Positions 39,891 through 55,100 of a stretch of DNA of 64,000 bases are shown here, piece after piece. The DNA is from Veleropilina oligotropha (lineage: Eukaryota), in the NCBI GenBank assembly GCA_048128005.1, contig JBEUKZ010000093.1, forward strand, positions 62,001 to 126,000. Direction: 5' to 3'. The first letter of the stretch is position 1; the number at the start of each line of letters is the position of its first letter. Below the pieces are notes generated by a model. The model saw only the letters and a list, made by a program, of their open reading frames with translations. It searched no databases and was not told the DNA's origin. Position numbers and translations under genes: made by a program.

Positions 39891-40212
39891 GCCGTCGTGG
39901 CTCAGCGGGTTGTTCACGGGACTCTGGTTGCAGAGTCTCATGTTCGACCCCAAAGCTCGGCGATTTCACTTGGGCAAGGAAATAAGCACATATTTGCCTC
40001 GGTTCACCCAGCCGACCTAAATGGGTACCTGGTCGGTGTGATAATTAGTCGTAGCGCCGTCAGTGGCAGCTTGACTGTAATGCTCTCAAAGAGAGTTGAG
40101 ATGGGTTCTAGATGCGAACAGGCCGAAAAACCAGGGGTAATTATGTGATAGCGCTGTGAGCGTGCGACCTGGGCGGATACGGCGCAATATAAATGTCCAT
40201 TATTATTATTAT
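39891..40212 (+). mobile_element. tRNA-derived SINE (family B) with L2-like (TTA)n tail
   Basis: A-box gtggctcagcgg, B-box gttcgaccc, core ttcacccagc..aaatgggtacc, tail gcgcaatataaatgtccattattattatt. Confidence 0.7.
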
Positions 40213-43200
40213 ACTGAATTTATGCGCCAATACCTGCATACACATATTTTTCGGATTATGAACGGGGTCAGAATTAAGAGGGTGAAGTTAACTTTGTTAT
40301 GAGATTGACGCATGTTAAAATTTCAAATCGAAACAACACTTTCCCTGGAATGTAAGTTACTTAATTCTATCAAAATATATGATAATTTATGTCAACGCCA
40401 ATATATTGAATAACAAATTGAGACATCGTATGTCGTTGAAGCAGCACACCGTGTGACATGTTCCCATATTGTTAAAGGGAGGTAATTTGAATACCAGTCA
40501 ATGGACCTTTTCGAAGATAGACCAGTTTTCACGATGCGCCTGCGCGCACAATGGCTTGTGGGTAGGATTACGTTCACAATGGCGGCAACGGACATGTCGA
40601 GTAGATCTATACCAGATAAAAGATATCGTTATAATCTTGCAGACACTTCAAGGCTTGTTGATGAAAGCCAATATTATGTCATATCGTCACATCAATTTGT
40701 TTTCCTACCGCTTATACTCTTATTTCTAAAATATAGTCCTATTGAAGGTAATCGCAAAACTTTAGGAGTTTAACGACAGCGAGTTACATAGGTTGCAGAC
40801 ACGTGACCAAAACCACGTGATCACCGAGTCGTCCGCCATCACGGAAGGCAAACACTCTTAGCAGTCAATCAAATGAATACTGGTCAATACTAAAATATCT
40901 GTAGAAATCAATAAAATACGTGTGAAGGACCATTCAGTTAATTCTTTGAATATTCACGAGTTGCTGTTCTTACAGGAAGTTGTTACGTTTGATATCGCAA
41001 CCGCAGAAAAACAAATGCTGCGAATAAAGTAAATATTCATGTAATAAGCTATAATATTACTGACTTGAGTTAATTAGTTCCTACGTTTGATGCATATCAT
41101 TATATAAATTGTCAATAAATTATCGTACGTATATTACTAAATTTGGTAAGCCTATTATAGTACGTACTTTTTGTCTTTTTACGGATTAATTGAATGTTTC
41201 CCCGACTTGCATCGCACGTCGGTCTTTAGTACCCCGCTGCGGTGCTAATTGTTATTTTCAATGGTTATTGTCCTGTTGATAATCCAATTGAGACCACAGG
41301 ATGTCATTGCCGAGCTGATAAATAGGTAACATTTTAGGGCATTTTATTTGTGCGGAAGACCCATTGTTTCTTGTAAACACATCTAGGCTACAAAACCATT
41401 TGACTGAAATAACCAGCTTGCGCAATTTGAACGTTCCGCAATAAAATATAGTTATAATAATAATAATAATAATAATAGACTTTATTTAAACTCGATAGCC
41501 TCAGTAGGTTTACTGCCTATTTTCATGAGGGTCGAGTGGAATAATAGCATAATTATTTATGTACACTTACAAATAATATAAAGTAATATAAAGGTAGAAC
41601 AGATTCACAAATAAATACTATAAAAGATAAAAGACAATAAAGCATAAAGTAAAAGTAGGCAATTATAAGTACAATAATAAAAAATAAAAGTAGGGAAATA
41701 TAATATACTCTTTCAAGATTAAAATTAAAATTATAATTAAAATGTCTGTCTTTCAAAGTTTATAAAATGAAAATTTGCTGTATACCTACACTTCCAATGG
41801 TAACACATTAAAGCTTTTATTTTTATTTTGTTTTTTTGAAAAAGACTACTAAGCTTACCGTGTCGCACATGTGTTTGTTCCCTAGCAGTCGCAATATGTG
41901 CACAGACCCAAGGCATGTACGAAATAAATTATAAGCTCGAATTTTATATTAAATATATAAATACCGAAATACACTCGGAATGCGAAAATTGCTTTCACTT
42001 TACAATGGACAACATTTCGGATCAAAGGGACTAACGTAGGCGCATACTTTTACGTTTTAAAACAATATGAATCAATGTGCCAAACTTTGATGGCGGTCTG
42101 ATTTTATTTCAATTCGATGGATGTTCAACGCTATTGTTACCGTCGACAGTTGAATAAAGAACACAAAAGGTATTTATAAGGCTAATTGTAAGATTATAAT
42201 GAAATTTTAGCTATGGCTAGGCTTAATTAATAGCCTCAAAATTGGACCAGTTACTTAATTTAAATGACGAAGGCTCTGCTGTTGTATGAACTAAACCAAA
42301 TCAAACCCAAACGACAATATATATTGAAAGTACCGTCAAAACGCTTCCGTGAATTTCTATCTTTTAGACTTTATCATTTATTTTCACATAATTGAATCGA
42401 TTTATACTGTAATCTTATATCCCTCGTGTTATTCGTTGCCTTGCGTAATGGCGCCGCGCACAGAATTATGGGACTGTGTGACGTCATCTGCAACCTATGT
42501 ATTAACACTTTGAAACCCTGGCGCCCTGATTCTACGAATACAGATCAACTCACCGCCAATTATTTAGAGTCAACTCACCGCCATCGTGCCATCGCTTATC
42601 AAAGGTAACAACTATTCACCGCAGCATCCGATTTGTGGATTAACTAAATGAACATCAACAAAATATCATGATAAAATACCGACTATGGCGACATGATTAT
42701 TTTGTAGCTTATATTTAAAAGTATAACAGTGGGTCAATAAGCGATAATGTAAATGTTGTTATTCAATTAAATGCGTTTCACATTTGAGACACACGCTTTG
42801 TTTCTTCGTCGATGGCAGCAACCCATTTCGCATATATTTACAGGAAGAAATAAATCATTTTATTTAGTAAATGTATAAAACTGTAAATTTTAATAAAACA
42901 TACTTGTAAAATACTTGTAATTATGTAAGAACCTTGGCGGTGAGTTCACTCTGGTGGTGACGACCTAGGCGGTGAGTTGACCTGTTACCGATTCTACATC
43001 GTACGTCGACTCGTCACTCTTGACTATTACGCTACGGTAAATTCATAAATGCGCCTGTCACTGGGCAGGGACGTTGGAAGCAAATTGGCAGTGGGCTGGT
43101 GAATGTTATGAAGGGGATGGTAGGCCTACCACTCTCCTATGCAGTGATGGTATTTCGTTATACTACAATACATATTAGTAAGATACGGGGTATTCTAACA

Positions 43201-43349
43201 TAATCTGCGTGGGGGGCGGGGCCCCACGATGAGGAAATTTTGACAATGTGAAACCCGAGTCTTTCCTGCATTCTGACAGTGCAAAATGCCATATTTCTAA
43301 CCATCAAAATTGTTATTGACCGCTGAACCCTCCCCCCTGGATCCGCCCT

Positions 43350-44135
<786 letters not shown>

Positions 44136-44558
44136 TATATATGTGATGTATTAATAATTATTATTATTTTATCACTAACGATTCCAACGGACCTGCCTAG
44201 GGCGTGCATTCCGAGGTGTGTACAGTGAATAATTGCACTGTCACCACCTGACACGGAAGCGAACCGTTTGAGAGTCTACCCACGTCATTCGCGCGTATAT
44301 AATAATATGTAACGAGCTATAACAAACTTCGCCTTGCTAAACGAGTTCTTTCATAGATGGGTAACACGTATGCAAATCACATAGTTAATGTTGACAGTAT
44401 CTGTAAAATGCGATGCATGCATCCACGCCCTTGCACGCGAGAGATATATAAATACAGGTGGAACGAGACAACAAGTTATTCCGACTTTTAAAAACACCCG
44501 TGCCGAGACAGACATTTTATTTTTTTCGACCAGTCCCTGATAGACCCAAGCGATCCTG

Positions 44559-45206
44559 ATGCCGCGCACAATTAGAGAGCCGAAGGCGAGCAAAGCCGTG
44601 GCGGGTGCAAGCAAGCCATACCAGAAACCGTCCATACTCGCCAGGGAGGTTAATATGCAGGAACTGTTGGCTTTAGCCGAGAACGGGTTTACGCTGCGGG
44701 AATTACCGATGAAAAGACTATTCAGGATAAGCGCCTACGAGGAGCTGGCCGATACCACGGCTCTCCTGTACCCGACGAAAGGGGAAGGAATCTCCTATAG
44801 AGTCCAACTCCAAGATTATCTCTCCACACGCCGACCTCGCCCTACCTACAGCGTCATAACGCCCGAGCGTTACGGGACGGCCATCACAAAGGCGCAATTC
44901 CTCGTCTATGAGGGAATGGCGAGATCGATCGGAGGATTCGACTATCACAAAATAACTACATATAAAGTTTCTGATTTTGACGAGGACACGATTCCGGACG
45001 AGGATACGAACGCAGACGCGCCGTATGAATCCACTAAAAAATCGCGCTGCGACGGCATGTGTGTGGTAGAATCCACACAGGACACAGCCTTTGGATATTG
45101 CGGCGGTTGCGGGTGCGCCTTAAGCGAAGCGCAACACCTTGATTGCATGGAAGATGGCGACGACGCATCGCACTGCCTGCACTGCGGGAAAACTTTAATA
45201 AATTAA
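44559..45206 (+). CDS. Polinton cargo ORF, 215 aa, acidic patch + C-terminal C4HC3 (PHD/RINGv-like) Cys/His cluster
   Basis: Clean ATG ORF, TATA-like tatataaa at ~44445; C-x3-C-x12-C-x2-C-x8-H-x2-C-x9-C-x2-C. Confidence 0.7.
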   Translation: MPRTIREPKASKAVAGASKPYQKPSILAREVNMQELLALAENGFTLRELPMKRLFRISAYEELADTTALLYPTKGEGISYRVQLQDYLSTRRPRPTYSVITPERYGTAITKAQFLVYEGMARSIGGFDYHKITTYKVSDFDEDTIPDEDTNADAPYESTKKSRCDGMCVVESTQDTAFGYCGGCGCALSEAQHLDCMEDGDDASHCLHCGKTLIN

Positions 45207-45228
45207 CATTATGTAAGCGAGATGCAGA

Positions 45229-45269
<41 letters not shown>

Positions 45270-45510
45270 TGAGGACGCGTCTTTCTGTAGGATACTCCAT
45301 TAACCGTAGGACATGTAAGCTATAAAATATATATATATACATATATGATACAAAGACGAAACAATGTTTAAGTTAATCTCGTTTAATATTAATATATATA
45401 TGTAAATGATGATGATGATGATGATAAATGATATACATAGCGAACAATGTTATTTCTAATGGAGATACTAATAATAATATAATAATATTTGCAAAGTAAA
45501 AAACAGAGAC

Positions 45511-45599
<89 letters not shown>

Positions 45600-46023
45600 T
45601 ACGATGATGATGATGATGACTATAAGAATGACTATGCTACTGTAATATTATGTAAACGATAAACAACGAATGACTATTCTATTTTAATATATATATATAA
45701 ACAATAAACAATGAATTTTGATATTACTACAACTATACTATTGATCTATCTAGTGATTGAATTGGAATTATCTTAATATATTTCTATTGTATGCGGGGAT
45801 TAGTAATAAATGATATAACACTGAAATGAATGAATTATTATTATTATTATTATTATTAATATCTGTGCATGTTGATCGTGATGACGTGTGGTGCTGTCAC
45901 GCGGAGAGAGAGAAGAAATAGAGATAGAGAGACAGAGAGAGAGAGATATAGGGACAGAGTGAGGGAGAAAGATATGATATGTTGATGATGATGATGATGA
46001 TGATGATGATTATGACAATGGCA

Positions 46024-46059
<36 letters not shown>

Positions 46060-46070
46060 TAATGATCCGA

Positions 46071-48721
<2,651 letters not shown>

Positions 48722-49444
48722 TTTTAAAGTATAGAAGAACGAGAATATGTCTATAGATGCTGATGATTTCGATTTAACTAATGATTCTATTCGACCTCGT
48801 GGGAGACTATTGTATTATATCGGTGTGTTGTTCTACGCGGGGGTGAAGGCAGATAGAGGAGTTAATTGATCTAATCGCGGATTACATTGTTTTGACCAGT
48901 TAATCATCTCGCTTGCTACGGAAATGTTTGCTTACGTAGTTGTAAAAATGCCGATACACGAGGTGGTGTCGTTAATCGACGATGATTGTAAACATTATGG
49001 GTACAACTTCGGCGAGTACATACGTTTCTCGCGAACAATAACACCATGTTACATGGTATTTATTGACGCTGTCATTTCTTAATCGCACCTGACATACGAT
49101 CTTTTCTTAGAATAATAATTCGTTCACCCACATGAAACAACCCGTCGCATAGCGCTAATGAAATCTGCAAACTTCATGTACGTGAGTGATCTGTGTATAT
49201 TATCGAATACATATCGTCAGGATTAATTTCATTTCGTCTGTGTATATTATATATATATATTATCCATCGCACGCATAAATACTCCTTAATAAATTAATAA
49301 ACAAATGAAAAACGAAGGATTGATCGGAATACGTTGTGGGGTGTGTAACTGACAACTTGTTTCGAATATAATATTCTTTTAAGAATAATATTGTATTCAT
49401 TGTATTACAGGTTAATATTCGCTATCCTAATCGAATACCACACA

Positions 49445-49501
<57 letters not shown>

Positions 49502-49533
49502 CGTCATCGTCGATGCAATACCCATCACTTAAT

Positions 49534-49661
<128 letters not shown>

Positions 49662-49765
49662 ATGATAATCTTATAATGGTTAGTTATTACATAACCTCGC
49701 GGAGAGAATGCAAATAAATCTCAAACTACGCTGTTCACCTCTGTCGTGTATTCATGTGTATTTGC

Positions 49766-50006
49766 CTGCCACTTAAACGCGAATTCTCGGGTACTCTCGG
49801 TTGATTGGTTTTATCTACCATCGACTGTCATGAGGATTTAAGCGAGGCGCGTGTAAATATTTACTCAAATTTTCGAGATCTGTCTGCCAGTTAAACGCGA
49901 ATTCTCGGCTACTCTCGGTTGATTGGTTTTTATCTACCATCGACTGTCACGAGGATTTAACCGAGGCGCATGTAAATATTTACTCAAACTTTCGAGATCT
50001 ATCTGT
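49766..50006. repeat. 118-bp direct duplication with CCAAT (minus strand) and palindrome GTAAATATTTAC; possible regulatory element
   Basis: Two copies with ttaaacgcgaattc at 49773 and 49891. Confidence 0.8.
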
Positions 50007-50134
50007 TAAGTCTTTCGATTAAAATGTAAATCGACTATAGGATAATATATTCAGGATTTGCAAGTGAGTCATTACTTAGCCACGAAGTCTCGAACCCAAC
50101 CCACCGTACGCTGTTATGGCGTGTCAGAGTGACA

Positions 50135-51503
50135 TCGCATCGCGCGAGATCGCCTCCATATTGCCATAGTCCACGTATTCCACTCCGTGTTGGTGAGAGA
50201 TTTGCTCCCCTCGCCGACTGCGTGCTTGGCGAGTCCACCGGGCGGAAGCAAGGAACCCGTCAGCTCTCCGACGACCGCCTCACCTTTCCGCTCATTCGGA
50301 GCGGCACGTGGCCATCCTGATGTCTCCTCTTCACTCTTCATAACCCCCGGATCGTCGACGCCGGAAGTTGCCTTACGAATCGCATCGCGCGAGATCGCCT
50401 CCATATTGCCATAGTCCACGTATTCCACTCCGTGTTGGTGAGAGATTTGCTCCCCTCGCCGACTGCGTGCTTGGCGAGTCCACCGGGCGGAAGCAAGGAA
50501 CCCGTCAGCTCTCCGACGACCGCCCCACCTTTCCGCTCATTCGGAGCGGCACGTGGCCATCCTGATGTCTCCTCTTCACTCTTCATAACCCCCGGATCGT
50601 CGACGCCGGAAGTTGCCTTACGAATCGCATCGCGCGAGATCGCCTCCATATTACCATAGTCCACGTATTCCACTCTGTGTTGGTGAGAGATTTGCTCCCC
50701 TCGCCGACTGCGTGCTTGGCTAGTCCACCGGGCGGAAGCAAGGAACCCGTCAGCTCTCCGACGACCGCCCCACCTGTTTTTGTTGTTGTTTAATTCGATT
50801 TTAACGAGGTCTTCCACGTTTCCGTGATTTCGACCTCTTTACTTTATATTTGCCTTGTTGCTTTATATTTGCCATGGACGTCGCACACGCACCGAAGAGA
50901 AAAGCCGCCCCCACCTTTCCGCTCATTCGGACGTGGCACGTGGCCATCCTGATGTCTCCTCTTCACTCTTCATAACCCCCGGATCGTCGACGCCGGAAGT
51001 TGCCTTACGAATCGCATCGCGCGAGATCGCCTCCATATTTCCATAGTCCACGTATTCCACTCTGTGTTGGTGAGAGATTTGCTCCCCTCGCCGACTGCGT
51101 GCTTGGCTAGTCCACCGGGCGGAAGCAAGGAACCCGTCAGCTCTCCGACGACCGCCCCCACCTTTCCGCTCATTCGGACATTCACGCGGCCATCCTGATG
51201 TCTCCTCTTCACTCTTCATAACCCCCGGATCGTCGACGCCGGAAGTTGCCTTACGAATCGCATCGCGCGAGATCGCCTCCATATTGCCATAGTCCACGTA
51301 TTCCACTCCGTGTTGGTGAGAGATTTGCTCCCCTCGCCGACTGCGTGCTTGGCGAGTCCACCGGGCGGAAGCAAGGAACCCGTCAGCTCTCCGACGACCG
51401 CCCCCCACCTTTCCGCTCATTCGGACATTCACGCGGCACGTGGCCATCCTGATGTCTCCTCTTCACTCTTCATAACCTCCGGATCGTTGACGCTGGAAGT
51501 TGC
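50135..51503. repeat. GC-rich 245/246-bp tandem repeat (about 5 units in two blocks) inside the Polinton
   Basis: tcgcatcgcgcgagatcgcc at ~50135, 50380, 50625, 51012, 51258; unique spacer ~50775-50905. Confidence 0.92.
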
Positions 51504-51744
51504 GTCCCTGTTTCGGCGTACGAACGTTCTCTTCACATTTGATCCCTCCGTATTCGCCTATCCACGATTGCTCGGTGTATTTCCATATTCGAAACGTTCA
51601 AGTAAGTGTCTATTTATTAATGTAAATTTACTTATCATCATCTTCATGGATTTAAGAACAACAACTGTGTTTGCTACTAATTTCGACTCTCATTTTGTTT
51701 GAAGTTTTTACAATCCTATATTTCATCTTTAAATGTATATATAT

Positions 51745-51834
<90 letters not shown>

Positions 51835-52138
51835 GCTACTTGTTCGCTAGCCTATCTATATTAATATGTTATTAGTTGAACCGTAAAACGCAGCGACTGT
51901 TATGTTTTATTTATTTAATTTTTATAGGATAAATATCGCATGTTGTAGATATCATCCCTTATGAAATGCGAGGAAAATATCCGTGCATAATGTGCTGCTA
52001 TTTCCATTCATTATCCAGTTCGAACCAGGACATGTTCGCATTATTTCGGGAGAAAACTCGTGTTTCAGGATATTATCATTAGCAACTTAGATATATTACA
52101 GATCGATTGATTTAATAAATATATATATATTTCAGAAA

Positions 52139-55100
52139 ATGTCGGAGAGCAATACAACCTACGCATGCGGCGTATGCCATGAAACATTTCGCACACCAGC
52201 AGATCTGATAGCCCACGAGCGCATTACCAATCACAACGCTCCCGGAGGGTCGGGATCGCCTGCGAGCGCACTCGGTGATGAAGAAAACAGACCACTGCGA
52301 TGTCGCAGGTGCAATACGCTGTTCATCAATCGCAAAAAGCTGTACAGACACCAGATGGAAGTGCACGTCGAGAATAACGAGGAGATCCAACCCGTTCCGA
52401 CGCCGCGAAACAACGAGGACACTCATCCAGTAGGCGATTATTATTATGATAATCCAGATTTTAGAGACATTTACGATTTGCATCGTTCGATTATTTTAGC
52501 TTCCCACAAGAGGGGAAATTTGAAAAACATTTATAACTTTCCAATAGACGATCACTTCCATTTAAGAGATATAGAGACGCAACTTCAATTCATTTATTCA
52601 GATTTAGATTGTGCATTTAAGATTAATTTCGCATTTGGTCTTATTTTAGTTCATATTGAAACGGGAGAATTCAGATATTTTAAACCGTATTTTAACGTTA
52701 ATATTCTGCCTAGACCAGTTCTCATTAGTAGATATTCTAATATTACAAAATTATTGCTACGATTACAAACTATGGATTTGCACGGGTATATAATGCGTGT
52801 TCGTGAAAATACGAAATGGCGTTGCGTGATGGCAACAAATGTTTCGTATACAGTATATAAAACCAAATTTAATTTAGGACACGGACAGGACATTCCCGCA
52901 TATATCACAAATTCGAAGAGCATAGTGTGTTTTTATCGAAATCTCGCTAACGGATGTATTTTCGCAGACGATCTTTGCGTTTTCCGATGTCTCGCATATC
53001 ACATAAAGGGCAGGGTGAGACGCGGCATCAATAAGTTGAGTAAACTCTTACTTCGGAGATGGCTTGCATTCATGCAATTGAAAAAACGTTCATTCGAGGG
53101 AATCGATCTCTCCGACATTCCGCTATTTGAACAATGTTTTAGCGTCAATGTGAATATTTTCTCTTTAAAACCATGCGGGAGTACGAATATTATACACACG
53201 TCGCTGTATCGACATTCACAAACTATTAACCTGAACTATTACAACGGACATTTGGATTACATTTCGAAAATGACATCCTACGCCAGTAAATATCAGTGTC
53301 GCGTGTGCGATAAATTATTTCCTCGTCTTGACAAATGCACTTTACATGAAAGGAGTTGCACTCAGCAAACGAAATACAAATATCCGGGCGGGTTTGCGTG
53401 TTATAGGAAAACAATTTTCGAGCGATTAGCCGAATGGGGGATAAATGTTGCTAGAAACGATGATCATTACGAATGGTTTCTCGTTTTCGACTTCGAAGCT
53501 ATTTTATCCCGTTGCGAAGAAAGTTGTAAAATGTGGACGTACGAACATACGCCGTTTTCCGTCAGCGTTTGTAGCAATGTGCGAATGTACGAAACACCGA
53601 AATTTTTCTGCAACGAAAGTTTAGACAAACTGTTAGAATGCATGATATTACACATGAACGACATAGCCGCGTCGGCGTATTCGTTGGCCAGGGAAAAATG
53701 GATAGATGTTTTCGCCGAATTACACCATCTCATTTCCGCGTGGTGCTCCGACCTGAGCGATGACAACGGGTATATTACAGATGACGTCGCCATCGACGAT
53801 GAAGGGCAGGAGGATGATGATGATAAATACATCGCCGACGACGACGACGACGACGACGACGACGTCGATTCTGATGACGATAACTCCGAGATAGTTATCG
53901 ATGAGGTTCGAACCTTCGAGAAAGAAAGCGCTCGTCAAAAACTTTTCCGCTTATATTTAGAACGTAATACGGAGTGTGAATATTATTACTCAGATGGCGA
54001 TAAATTATTTCAAACACCTGAACCGATCGATATGGGGAGTGTCAGTGAAAAGGTCAAACTTTACATGGTCAAACAATTAATAAATTTAATAAATGAATTT
54101 GATCGATATTGCAGAGAAATTCCCGTGTTGGGATTTAATTCGTCGAAATATGACTTAAATTTAATTAAATCTAAAATAGCGAAACACCTTCAACTACATC
54201 TAAAACGCGGGATAGGAGGATGGAATAATCCATTCACGATTAAGAAGAACAACAGCTACATGTGTGTTAGCAATGGGACTCTACGATTTTTGGACATTCT
54301 ACAATTCCTTCCACCCGGAACGAGTTATGCGGGTTTCTTGAAAACTTTTCACGTTGAAGAAGAGAAATCTTTCTTCCCGTACGAATGGTTCACGTCCGCG
54401 GATAAACTCCTCGAATCCGCCCTACCGCCACCCGACGCGTTTTACTCGTCGCTCAAACGGTGCAATACACTCGAAAGCGAGATGTACGTTCGGTTTTCGC
54501 GGTTATTAGCATCGGGCATAAACGAATCGGAATGCCTCGCTCAACTGCAAATCGATTGTCTTCCTATTTCCGAGATCGACAAGAATTACGAACGATTGCA
54601 AACCATCTGGCGTAATGAAGGAATGACGACTATGCTCGATTTCTTGAAATATTACAACAATCAAGACACGGGTCCTATGTGCGTGGCTATAGAACGGTTT
54701 CAAGCGTTTTTCTTTAACAAATCGGTGGACATTTTCAAAACGTGTATTTCCGCACCCGGTGCTGCGCGACATTTATTATTCCGCTACGCGAGAATAGAGG
54801 GAGCTTCGTTCACTCTGTTAGATAAACGCGATGAAGATATTTATCACACTATAAAAGCAAATGTGATCGGCGGGCCGAGTTTGGTGTTCCATAGATATCA
54901 TAAAGTGGGTGAGACCCTTATAAGAGGTGTGCCCGGGAACACTTGCGAATCCATCATCGGCGTGGACGGCAACGCACTTTACCTTTATTGCTTAGGCCTG
55001 GATCTTCCATGCAATGGACTTATTATCAGGAAAAAAGAAAACGGGTTTCGTCCTATACTTCGCGATCAACATGAAATGATGTTTCACTGGCTCGATTGGG

